64,000 nucleotides of DNA. Origin: Raillietiella orientalis (taxonomy: Eukaryota). Positions 31,426 through 44,700 of this stretch are shown in pieces. The position numbers and the translations under genes were made by a program. The stretch is taken from contig JAYWIR010000031.1 of the NCBI GenBank assembly GCA_036172245.1, forward strand, positions 2,604,001 to 2,668,000. Direction: 5' to 3'. How positions within the stretch are numbered: the first letter of the stretch is position 1; the number at the start of each line of letters is the position of its first letter. The notes below the pieces were generated by a model. The model saw nothing but the letters and a program-made list of their open reading frames with translations, was not told where the DNA came from and did no database searches.

Positions 31426-33275
31426 TCAAGATGTAGTTTCTTTTTGAGACATGAAAAAAGATTTTGACCAAATGAGAAAACTTGAATCCGTTTGCATAAA
31501 GGGATTCCAGAAGTTCCCTTGCATTGTACTAATTGCTTTAAAAGCATTATTACGTTTAATCATCTTATCAGAATATTCGACTCCACCATTCACATAACTT
31601 CTGCCAAGTTTGGCTACAAATCGGTCTGCATTTTTTTTATATATCTTTTGTATTTCATGCTTGATACTCCAAAATACAATAATCCCTAAAGAGATCACTA
31701 GAGAGTTGACCAGTGCTCTGAGGCTTACTGGACGGTGATATAAGTTCATTTTCATATTAAGTTGCCGTGCCATAATATAAGTTAATACTGTGCTTAGGCC
31801 ACAAAGACCACCTTTCCAATACACATGTGAGCAAGTTAGATGATATATTTCTCTTGCAATGGCATATTTTTGTGCTTCTTCAGAAAGAACTAAGGAGTCA
31901 CAAAGATCAGACCCATGCTTACTTGACCATGGTACAGGTTTAAAATTAATCTGAAACAAAAAAAGGACTTTTGTTTTAGCACACTTGCACAGATGACATA
32001 CATGAACAGTCAGCTGCACATATACCATCACTACTCCCAAAATGCAATAAAAACAATTACATGCTGCACATAATTCACAGTAGAAAATTCTCATGGGTGA
32101 TAACTTGCCTTAAGTAAAAATACTCATCAATAAAACCAATGTTTATGACATGTACACAAACTTAAAAAATTAATTAGAAACTTACATTAATTCTTTCTAA
32201 ATCTACATCATTAGTCGATTTGAAAATGAAATTGATGGGAAGCCCAACATATCCTCCATTATTTAGATTCACTGAACCAGCATAAAATGTATCAAAGCCA
32301 TACACCATGAAAAAATGAACAAACTTTTTTCTATATTCTTGCAGAGGATAATCTTGCAATACAGAATCCGCCAAACTCTGCAAATCGGCTGGTACAGGAT
32401 AAGGTTGCATCCACCTTAAAAATCATTACAACTAGAATGTTAAGAAGGCCGGGACGGTGTGAACATTTGATATATCAAGTAACTACGGTCCAACTCATCT
32501 CACTGATAACAGTGATTTCATGATACGAAAAAAAGGAATCATTACTTAAGTCTTGCATGAACCTTCTTTGCCCTTAATTTTGGAATCGTAATTCTCAATT
32601 CAAGAAAGTATCCCTCACAAACATTAGCCTTCTTGAATACGTTTCATAAAATATTTACAGATTTCGAATTTGATGCCATTTGAATTTTCGCTAAATTTAA
32701 AACTCTTTACCACCAAAATCAGTAAATCAGGCCTGAATTTCATGTTGCTTAGAAATATGCTTTTTATAAAATGCGATAACATTACGAAATTCAGAAGTCA
32801 ATGTCCTGAATTAAAACCAACTTTAACTTATTTCATCACACATTTTTGAAACAGTGCTCTTATGCAAATGACAATCAATTTTGTGGATGACAGAACATGC
32901 ACTCTATCACACATAAATGGAAAAGCGAAACACATTTTATAAAAAAGAAACGACTTCATAATTCAACTATCACTATGATTTACTAATGGTGTCTTCTTTG
33001 GATAATCTCTAATGATTTTTACCAAATACTGAATCATTCAATATCAATAAATTCTAATTTTATTTTACTCAAAAGCAATTTTATAATTAGGTGGTACTAT
33101 AGAACAATAATTACCTGTAAAAACTCATTGCCTTCACGTATCTTTCGACACAAAAATTCTGAACAACAACATAGGAACATAACCCACATGTAGTCAATCC
33201 AAAAGTAAAATATGCATAAAACTTTTTTCTTCTGGTTATATCAAACCGCTTAAGAAACTGGGATAAGACCACCAT
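31426..33275 (-). CDS. TMEM177: Transmembrane protein 177-like (mitochondrial inner membrane), ~304 aa, 3 exons
   Basis: Exons 33115-33275, 32186-32414, 31426-31950, GT-AG and phase-consistent. Motifs FFMVYGFDTFYAGS..GGYVGLPINF, W.SK.G..L.DSLVLSEEAQKYAIAREI, AD..VA.LG.SY..GGVEY.DK...RN match the TMEM177 family as recalled. The extreme C-terminus is less certain. Confidence 0.88.
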
Positions 33276-36206
33276 GGTACACAACTTTAATTAAACAAAT
33301 AAAAATACGGCGAGAAATGAACAGTTTGGGTGATCCAAAATCTTAAAATGGAATCTTAAACTACTCGCCGGAACTGAATCTTATGTTTTGCTCACACAGT
33401 TGCTCTACAATTGAATGGATTAAATCAAACTACGGTGATGTTATCTTAAATGGACTTTGTGAAGTATGCAATTGAATCAACAACCATGCAAGCTCATTTT
33501 TAAATTCAGCAAAGCTGTTCATCAAATAGATTTAACGCTAACCGATTTTGGAAAGCACGTGGGAAGCCACGAAATGTGGAGTGAAACTATGAATTTTTTT
33601 TTCGTCTTCCAACATCTCCTCCATCCTGTTTCCATTTTTTTGCACAAGTTTATCGTAATCATAATGCTTAATCGACCTTGAATCAAATTTCTACTTGTCA
33701 ATGGAATTTTAAACGAAAGCTTATTAATCTAAGCTTTTTTCATAGAGAAACTTTTAGAAATGCCCAAATTGCCATCATCCGATTTTTTTTTTTTTTTTTT
33801 TTTTGTTGTATTAACTAAACATTTCTGCCGTTGAGACGTAACGTAAGAATTTTCGACACTGATGTTTTTTATAAGAAATGAATACATGTATTCAATAGGC
33901 ATTACGATATCAAAACAAATGAACACAATGTTCAAGCATACGACAACATGAAAACACAATGAGATTTCGAAAGATATGTTTCTGTGATTTCAAACACTAC
34001 AGCATCTCAAAATCAAAAAAGGAATGATCAATTTTTATCCAGTCAACTGGACTGTTGCAGTAGCAAACATTAAAAGTTTTCAGCCCAACTAAGAATCGAA
34101 ACTGGAAACTGAAATCTCACGGTAAGTTAATATGCTTGAACCTGAAAGCACACTAACCAACATGCCTGCAAGAAAATTCCAAAATTTTGTAAACTGATAA
34201 GCTAATACTATTGTGATAATCACAAACAGTGATCAATGCTTGAAATCCAATTCACCAATTCAATTCAATTGAAGAACCTGAGCACACACCGATCGTTCAA
34301 AGCATTAAGGGAATTTAATTAATAAATCATACTTTTGATATGTATGTCGCTGGAGCATTCAGATTTTCTTGCAGGAAAACAACTAATTTTATAACTTGAG
34401 CAAGTTAATACTCATAATAAAACTTTTATGCAAATTACTCAAATCCCAGAGTGAAAAAGGAAAAAAGCAGTCTTAGAAGGGGCATACGAAAATAATAAAA
34501 GCAAGGAAGCATATGTTCTTAATGTCTGAACGACACTCATGACTTTCAGTGTGTTCATTTAAACGAATTAAAATAGTCTGTTTTTCCTGTGGAGAAACGA
34601 TTTTGATATAATGTCGGTCCCCTACAAAAAACACCGAGTAGCTGTTTAATCCACAAAATTCGAATCTGTCCAAATACTTCGCGTGTGTGAATTTGGCATT
34701 ATGAACAAGGTGTCTCAGATACGTAAAACAGTACGTTTCAAATGATCGATGAGGACAGTTATTAATATTGAAGGAGTTTATCACACGTTTATGCACAATA
34801 TCCGTATACCATGTTAATTTTTTTTTTTTTCTCGCTATGACTGCATGTAATCGAATTTTAAGTGAAACTGCATTCTATATACTGAAACAAGTGATGCATC
34901 ACTATATTTGAAGGCAAGTAGAAGCAGCAGCCATCTTCTGTTTTTCCAAACATTGAAGGTATTTGAAATAGAAGTTCAATTAATTCCGTTGTTAGGAATC
35001 AAACACCTGAAAATATCGTCTTTCCGAGGGCCAACAAGTATAAGAGTAAAATGTTGTGAAAATTGATTTTCCAAAAATTTTGTGCCGTTGACATTTGAAA
35101 AAAAAATGTCAACAGCACAGTGGAACCAAGTCAACAACTGTATAAAGCTTTACAAAAACAGCACGACAGCACAATACTCTCTGGGAATTTTTTTTCAAAT
35201 TTCTTGGAGAGTGTATAAAACTTAATGCGCTTATTAAGATTTTTCCTACTCTTGTTTTATCCATGCCAACTTTTCCTAGACGTTTGGTGGTTTTGTAATG
35301 CCCGATCTTGTTACCTTAGTTGGATTAGACAAAGGCAATTCTAAAAAAAAAAAAAAATGCCTAAAACATGACAAAATTATCTACATTTGAGGATCTCTGA
35401 AGAGGTGTTATATGAACTAGAATCAGGTGCTTCATTATATGCACTGGATGAATAAGGGATCGCGAAGACTTTAATGTTACAGCATTGATCGCAGAAGTCT
35501 GCTTTTTGATTTTTGTGTTTGTCTATGTTTGTTCCCATTACTGAAGGGTAAATAGTTTTCACTCAGAAGTTCTACTTTAAATGTAGCTTATAAAGAGACA
35601 TGAATGAATCAAATGCCCTATTTCCTTACTGTCCCCTAATTAACTCCTTGTGTCATTTATTTTTGTACTTTTTTACTTCACGAAGAATGAAGAAACTTCT
35701 TTTTAAAAAAAATATGTTCGATAGAACGAAAAATTTTGAAATGGTAAAATCCTTTATTTTCAAATCGAGTTAGAGCTGGAAGAGTTACAAAGCAAGCCTA
35801 TCAATCATATTTGGAAGTGAACAAGAGTAATTCCAATGCTTTATACAACTCTCTGAAAATTTCTGACTTTTTATCCAATAACGTTTCGCGTTGCATTATG
35901 CATCTATAAAAGTGAAGCATTTATAAAAGTTATGCATTTATCAAAGTAAGCTACGCTTCAAAATGCCTCTCACACTCGAAGCACTGAAGATAAAGGACGC
36001 TCACAAACTCCATTCAACTGAGTAGACACGGTACCAACATCTTCATTTTTATTTACAAAGATGAAATGTTTTCTCGAAGACCATTTCATTTATTATCGAC
36101 TCTTCTCAATAAAGGATAGGCTAAATCTTTTCGTTCAGGATAAAATCGCTACCTTATTGATAAATCTGACTACAATGCAGAAACACTTTTTTTCATTGGC
36201 CAGGCA

Positions 36207-36958
36207 GCCTTTATTATGACAGTACAAAATCTACGCCGCCATCATACGGGAACAAGATAAAGACATCAGTACCCTCCAAGAAGCTGCCCATCGCTACGGG
36301 TCTGACACATTCAATCTGTTGGCGATAGGGCCAACGCCCTGGAGGAGTAACCAACCGCCGGACACCCAGCGCAACCTCCTGATGTTCTATCATGGAGGAA
36401 TCGTGAGCGGGACCAGGATGAAATACTTCACAGGAGCAGCAGAAGACAGAGACTGCAAAGCATTTGGGGATATCCCCACAACAGATTAAGACCAGCAGGC
36501 TCTGAAAAGGGTCACAGGGCTGCAGAACTATTTGCCGACGGAAGTCTGGCCAAGATGTTTCAAGGAACCAGTAACGTCCTTTGTTACAGTCTCATGGTTA
36601 GGACGACCATTGCCCTGTTTATTACGGCCATCCTAGTCGGATAGTGGAAGATGAGGACCAGTGGAACGGCCGTATCTCTTATGGAAATCCTGAAAGGGAT
36701 TATCCGAAAAGAGACCGTCAGATGGAACTGTGATAGAGTACCAGCATGGACATACCGATATATCCTGAAAAGGATTGGGGACAATGTCCAAACACACCCT
36801 AGTGCAGAACCTTAGTGCAGTGACTCATCGAAGTAAAATTCAATGAAAAAATAACAATGAACACTGTTCGAAGTGGAATGAATGAGTTTGTAGAGTGAAT
36901 GCAAAAACGAAATAAAATGACCCCACCCTAGTGGGGCTGGGGAAAGGCCTTTATTATG
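36207..36958 (+). mobile_element. 5'-truncated L1/Tx1-like non-LTR retrotransposon with 12-bp target-site duplication
   Basis: GCCTTTATTATG at 36207-36218 and 36947-36958 flanks a GC-elevated insert. Translation IYAAII..PW..NQPPDTQRNLLMFYHGGIVSGTRMKYF..DCKAFG* resembles the decayed C-terminal zinc-binding region of L1-clade ORF2. Ends in AATAAAA plus a CCCCACCCTAGTGGGGCTGGGGAAA stem-loop. Confidence 0.75.
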
Positions 36959-38571
36959 GCTGTGTCCTGAATCGGGCAGAAACAATTTTCATTACGGTGT
37001 TTCGGCTAATGCTTCCCGTTCTTTGTAACGAAAAGAATATCGGTTTGTTAGTGGTTGTGCAAGAAGCATTTAGTGCTGTTCACAATAAACAAAGAGCTAC
37101 TCGTGCACTTTTTCAATACCATTGATTTGCAGGACGTCAAGAACTAGATGGAAGTCACTTCCATAAATTCTGCAAAAATAGTGAGGACAGAACTAGCAAA
37201 TCGCAGTTTGAAATTTGTTTTCTCGCATTTCTAAAAGGTTTTGTACCTAGTAAATTTACACGGAAGTATTTCATTTGAAAGGAAACAAAATAAATAAATT
37301 CTAGTCAGGTGATTACATAGGAAAAGCATTCTTCTTTAAACTCTAGAACAAATAAGATAAGTGCTTGACATAAATCCTTGAAGCATTCAAAGACCTCCTC
37401 TCAATAAAAGAATTCAAACTTCTAAAATTGGATCTTGAGTTCATGCTTTAAAGAATTCAAAGCAAAAGTTGAGAGCAAGGAAAATTTACAATGAATAATT
37501 TGAAATGGTCTATGTCGTCATGATAGCAATGTATGCAACTGGCTTAAAAGGCTTAAATGCACAGTTGCATAAATCGCTGTCATATATCGAATCTCTAAAG
37601 AATCTCGGTATGAATGAGGGCACCAACATTCATGGTCTAAATCAACGTATTCTTTAGAGAATGTTTTAGTAAACAATTCAGAATATGAATCCTTTGCATT
37701 TCCGCTAGCCTAACGAAGATGGAATTCTCACTTACCCTTTAGGAAAAAGATATGATCTATAACAGAGATATTATTGAGAAAAGGGAATTTCGAAAAGCAA
37801 AAATTAATATTTCTTTGTTTATAATTTATTTTGATCTTATTGTGAAAGTTAATTTCTTATCGCAATTCGATGGCTTAGTAATAAAAAGATTGTGAATACA
37901 GACGGCAGAAGTATTATAAAAGGGAAAATTACAACAGGTTCTAACTTCATAAGATAAAACTTGTCTAATTGTATAAGTTCATGTAGGAAAATAAAAAATC
38001 AATTTTTTATTCTATAATATTCGAAAATAAATACGAACAAACGTTAAAAACTTTATTATAACGAATCCAAAGATAACAGCAGTTATGCTAATAGTTGGAT
38101 CAGTTAACAATAATATATTTAAAACCGTCAAATTGATGTGGTATTACATCCTTCAAGATATATGCCCATTAGCAAAAAGCATCATCTCTCGTTTAATAGC
38201 GATGCAGTTGAATGAAGATAAGTAAATGGGATGCTTGAAGCAAAAAGAAGGCACTGATATTCTTTAAATGCGATTTTTTAAAAGAGGGGAGAGAAGCTCA
38301 AGAGAGGGACAGAGTGTTCTAATATCTAAGGGAAGTTCTTGAGCACCATTTGGATTTCGAACTGCAACTGGGAATGCCAATTTTTACATGAGAAGAAAAA
38401 AACAAAAAACAAAATGAGGATGAAAAGTTCGATGAGTCCAAATTTCTAGGAACCTCACGTTAAAAATATGAGTCAAAAACTGCCAGAAAAGCGCTACTTT
38501 TATATGAGTCTGGGCTATTTGCAATGATATATTTCACATCATTAATTTGCAATCAATTGTATCAACTGCAC

Positions 38572-38626
38572 AATAAGATTTAGGAACACCCCCTGTGGGA
38601 CTGGGGAAAAATAAGATTTAGGAACA
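38572..38626 (+). mobile_element. 21-bp LINE 3'-end micro-insertion flanked by a perfect 17-bp target-site duplication
   Basis: AATAAGATTTAGGAACA (38572-38588) + CCCCCTGTGGGACTGGGGAAA + AATAAGATTTAGGAACA (38610-38626). The insert matches the 3' end of the element at 36924-36945. Confidence 0.8.
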
Positions 38627-41600
38627 AAATCTGCCTGGAGTCACGGATCTCTTGTCATTAGCGGTTAAGTATGAAATTTTTTACTCACTGTTTTTCGATT
38701 AATTGAGTTGAAAAGTATTTATATTATCTCTTGCAACGATTTGAGAGATGAAAAACAATTATTTCATTACTACATGTAAACAGAATTTGACAAATGAACT
38801 ATAAAGACCGGTAGAGACTCTGGAATCTGGGACTCATTTCTGCAAACCAGAGTGAAAATGCAATAGCAAAATATCTATTAATACAAATGTTGGATATCTC
38901 TTTTTATAATACGTGAGAACAAACTCTTGTAAAATGAAATTTGTATTGTCAGCTTATGCCTGCTTGTTAGGTGTTATAACTGACTGCTATAATTCTGAGT
39001 CATCAAAATTAAAAGAAAAAGCTCTAGTTTAGAACCTGATCAGCTGACTGATAACTGGAAAATTAGTGATGATGACAAGGAATACGTGTGAATGTGAGAT
39101 ACAATTGTTCTTGTAAGACCAGCTTACTAAAGAAACGAATGTTGCGTCATATTTTGAAGAGGAAAAATAATTTCCTGGAAACATGTGATCCGTAGTCTAG
39201 AATAAAGTTTTCTAATGAGGGGTGAAAAATCTGCTGAGTGCTTCTTGATAATTCTAGAGCAGTTTTGAGTAATTAAAGCTTTTTTATATTTCAAAGTTGA
39301 GGTTTTTAATTTTCAAGCTTTATCTCCTTCCTAGCAATGTTTCTCTCTCTCACTGCCCTTCAACATGTACCCAGAAACAATTCGTTGTTCTCTATATATC
39401 CAACCTTTAGAAATAATGGAATTCTTATTCTAAGGTTAGTTACTTGATCGATTTGCAATGATGATTCCTTTATATAAATTTTCAGTTGCAGGATATAAGC
39501 AAACGTAGAACAGAAAATGAAAAATGAAAAAAAAAAAAGAAAATCTTCCAGTGCTTTTGGAGTTATATAAGTGTACTGTCTCTGTGTGTGTTTTTTATTC
39601 TAGTGCTTAAACATCAGATAATAGAGCAATTATCCAAATCCAAGTACTTATCATGGAGCGATTTCGCGTGCATAATACAATCCATATTCTATATGCTTAT
39701 AACTATTAATATGCACATACACGTGTTCCTGTATGCACTGAACAGATGTGGCTCAAGCATATGTGCACCCGTTACATTGAGATCGAAAATTATGCACATG
39801 TGTGTTTGAAGTTAAAGTCATTTTATGATAAAGTACTAAATTTTTTATTCCATTTTTGTTTCGAAACTTCAATCTGCAGCTTGCTTACTTAAATAAACTT
39901 CCTTTATATTATTCCTTGGTGAATTAATAGTTTATTTCAATTTACTTTTAATAAATGATAGTAAATAACTTACCAACATCCATATCAATTTTATGCAAAC
40001 CATTGATGGATCTTCAAGAATCTGGATACAACTCTTGGATGAACGATCACAATAAAATGAAGTACGTGAATGGTTTTCATCAGGTGTATGATACTCAAGA
40101 TATGAATCATTTGTTTGAAAGAGCGTGCTGATATACTTTTGTTTTGATACTAAGTTTATTATGTATTAGATTCAAATTTTCAAATCAAGCAATTTCTACA
40201 TTAAATATGTTACATAAATGTTGAGTGTGCTCTATACACGTATTTGAATTCATTGTTCAGCTTTTCAAGGAACAAACGTAAACTTTAAATTCTGTGCCTT
40301 GTGTAATGTATTCGTACTGTCCACAAATTCCCATTATTTAAAAATATCCATATTTACCTCGATGTGGCTTGTGCGTTCCATGGAGAAGTCTCCAAATAGT
40401 GTAAAAATGTATACTTAATCGCTTCCATATATTCTTTGGCGGATTGTGTAAAGATTGGAAACCCACGGCCACGAAAGCTATAAATTTTGAAACAAATGAT
40501 AAAAACTGTTATCAACGTTTGGTTGTGTGGTTTTTATACATGTATTGATTGATCATTGTGCAATTGGTTGAATTTTAGTATAGGCGAGGATTTCATATAT
40601 AATTCAAATAAATTGTAATGAATGAACTTGGTATACTGAACGGATTTTATTTTGGGTCGTTTTATCGTGCAATTCAAGTGGAATAAAAAAAAAAAAATAC
40701 ATTTGGAGATTCATGAAGTTTAGTTTGTGTATACACTACATGCATCGTGTTGGGTACTTTAAAACAAAATGAAAGCTATGAATTGTGTAGTTAAAATTAA
40801 TTCCAATGAAATGGTATTATCGCATAATGGAGTAGCTTGTCCGTATAGTATTGAAAGTACTTTTACAGTTTTTTATTACTAGAAATGTAAAAGATAAGCT
40901 TTTTTTATTAAAAGACTTTAAATTTACCAAACTTATTATATAAATAAAGGTCTTGTATGATAATTCTTAATAACTGTTTGTTTTCAGATTTCATTAGGAT
41001 TTATGGTGCTAAGTGTTAAATATGTAACGTCAGATTATTTGTCGTTTAAGTATCCCGAGTCGTATCAAAAATTTAGTAACTCGTAAATTGTAGCATATCA
41101 AGTTTCCACATTGGAGGGAATGATGGTGATTCCGATTTAAGTAGTAGGTTAGACAAACTATGCATACTAAGTCATGCTATTGTTGATTATTGAAATAAAT
41201 GGTATTAATAATTATGTATTTGATTTATTTTCATCGCAAACTATGTATCTTAGTGAAAAATGCTCATTTTTAACCATATAATATAATCAGCTATAAGTAT
41301 ACACCTATTCATTAACATATATGAATTTGACTCATGGCTTTTTAGAATGTATTAAGAATTCCCTTGAGTGGTTTTTTAAACTTAGTGGTGGTGTTGTCTT
41401 AAACAGTAATCTCCAGTATTAAAATGTATTCCAGGTTATGAAAGTAAAGTCTGTTTTTGATTGTAAGTTGATTTCTTGGAACAATTTTGTAGTATTGTCC
41501 CTGCGACAGTTCTTCGGAGTTCAGTACATAGGACTTTATTTTTTGTGAATCAGCAATAATAAATTGTTTATAAGGTTTTCATATTAATCCCACTATAAAG

Positions 41601-41748
41601 GAGATTAAGCTGTGCTATACATTGGTCGCAATTTTGCATTTGATAGAGAATTCAGTGGTTATTTTTAGAGGATCTGTTGATTCGTGGTTTTATTTTCAGC
41701 AAAAAGATGAGAAATTGAGAAGTTCCGGATCCCTTCAAACCAATAAGA

Positions 41749-44700
41749 ATGCAAATGCTTAATCCTCCTCAAGGAAATCTTGCTACAAACCAGAATGCAA
41801 AATATTCAAATCCGAAATTTTCTCCAGGACAGAATCAATATCAAAAACCAAACCCTGTATCACCTTATCAGTTAAAAACTCTATTCCGACCTGTTCAAGA
41901 TTTCGGAATGGAATATGATGGAAAAAGACTCAGAAAAAGCGTTATGAGAAAAACTGTGGACTATAATGCATCCATTGTAAAAGTTTTGGAGGTAGCACTT
42001 TTGCTATGAATGTTCTAATTAATTTGGATCAATTTCCTATATAGCAAAGAATTTGGCAAAGAGATCATCGTGACAAACGTGCTTTGCAACCAGATCAGTG
42101 CTATTATCCAGAACTTGTTACACCAGCTTTCACTCCTGAAAATCCTATCAATGCAGTAACCACAAAATTTGTACGTTCAGCAACTAATAAAATGAGGTGT
42201 CCAATATTTTGCTTGGCATGGACTCCTGAAGGACGGCGATTGGTTACTGGAGCATCCAGTGGTGAATTTACTTTATGGAATGGGTTAACTTTTAATTTTG
42301 AAACAATTTTACAAGTAAGTGACTCTGCTGTAGCTAAAAGGTTATAGGATTTAAATAGGCTCATGATACCCCAGTAAGAACAATGGTTTGGTCTCATAGT
42401 GATATCTGGATGATCACTGGAGATCATGGAGGGTACATTAAATACTGGCAAAGTAATATGAATAATGTTAAAATGTTTCAAGCTCATAAAGAGGCTGTGA
42501 GAGGTTTGAGGTATGTGTGTCAGCTCAAGTTTTTCATTCCTTATTTAATAAAACATTTTTTGAATATGTTATCTATTTTGTAGTAAACAATCAGCAACAT
42601 CAATGCTATTGAGCTAATTTAACTGAATTTTTAATGTTGAGCACCAATTTGTAATACTTAAATTTAGTTATTGGATGTTAATTTTATTTTATGGTGCATA
42701 GTAAGAGCTAGTATTTTTTTTCTAGTTTTAGTCCCACGGATCATAAGTTTACAACGTGTTCAGATGATGGAACAGTACGAATTTGGGATTTCTTAAGGTG
42801 TTATGAGGAAAGAATTATGAGAGGTAGTTATGAAGAAAATATATATCATAAGTTTCAGGCTCACTACAAATTTCTTTTTTGTTGTTTGGCTCCTTTTATT
42901 CATTTCAAGGAGATTAAAAAAAAAAAAATGTTATAATTTTCAAGTGTGTTTTTTGTGATCTAATATGTGATCTCAATCTGTGAATTGCATTTAAAATTAT
43001 TTTTGATTGTGCTATCTGGAAAGGGAACAGTAAAATTTACCTTGATAAGCATATTTTACAATCTGATTCCATGATAAAATATAACCAAAAATGTCTGAGG
43101 TATTCAACTAAATTGTGCTAATGATTATCATCAATGAAATGACATGTTTCCATATTAATGCATTGCAGAAATAAAAGAGAAATACATGGAGCTTTAGGTA
43201 GCACCTCAAAGAACCCTCTGTCAGTTTTTGAGGACCATTTAATTTCCTTTTCGTTTCATAAATATTTTTGGCATTAATGCAGTGTTTATATGTTTATAGT
43301 GATTTGTGATGCCGCAATAACTTTGGTAGATGAGTATACTTTGCATAGAAAAGCATATTGTGGGTTCTCAATTTGCAGTTGGGATTATAATGCAGTGAGA
43401 ATGGAAAGATTTTTTTATATGATACAGAATGAGAATTCTTTGAATTCAGGAGTCTTTTGAATCCTAAAATTTAACTGTGCGTGAATGGTGAAAGAATGAA
43501 AAGACAAAAAGAATCAGCACTGGATTATTGTTAGCTGTATTTGCAAGGTTGTGGTAATCTTTCTTTACTGGATCAATTAGTAGTAGTTATTAGTTATTGG
43601 TACGATTATTAATTTTGAGTATTAATGAGTATTTGTGCTTTCATGTTCCTAATTGAATTTTTCGTTGATTCATTTGTTTGGGTCAAGATAATTGTGCATT
43701 TTTATCTAGTAGTTTTATACTGTATAGTGAAGCTTTATTTTTTTATCAATTTTTTGGAAGTTTTAGTTTAGGGTGGTGCTGCTAGCACAGCTGATGATAA
43801 TAGTTTGCATCTTTGTAATTTTTCAAAGGGTAGTTTGCACTAATATTGTTGGAATATAAGGATTACCATGTTATGTAACGTCCAAAAGTTTTATTAAAGT
43901 TCTAAGAATTTACAATTTAATTTTATACTTATTTAGGACATGGAGCTGATGTAAAGTGTGTAGACTGGCATCCTCACAAAGGTCTTGTTGCTTCTGGAAG
44001 CAAGGACAATCAACAGCCTATTAAATTGTGGGATCCCAAAAGTGGTCAGAACATTGCTACATTGTAAGGGAAATTCTTTATTTCTTTATTTTTTTTTTGT
44101 CGTAACGATTGTAAATCACAATATTGTATAATATAGCTTATCCATTACAAAGATGGACTTTATCTTACTTATTAATGACAGATTATGTTATGTAATTAAT
44201 TTGCAGTTTTTTTCAGAGAATCATGTTACTTTGTTGCATTGATAGAGATATCAATTTTATAATTTGCTGTGAAATATTTGAGTTGTTTTTTAATGGTAAA
44301 TAGAATCTGATTAAAATTTAAAAAATTTACTCTTGCACTTTTTAGGTAAAAACATTACCTAAAAAGTGCATGGATAAATTTTTACGGAAATGTTTCTAAT
44401 GCTTTGAAATTTAAAACCTAATATGTGCATTCAAGTGTTTTTAGTCTGATTGTATTCCTAGTGATAGATAGATACCACCATGTGTTATTTCTCTACCTAG
44501 CTCCCATGCAATTTTTTAAATGTCTACAATACTGATTCGCAGAATATTTCGATTGTATAGACACTTTTTATTTCTAGGCATGCTCACAAAAGTACTGTGA
44601 TGGATCTCAGTTGGAATCAGAATGGAAACTGGCTTATCACAGCCTCTAGGGATCATTTATTAAAATTATTTGACCTTCGTATGTTGAGGGAAATTCAGAT

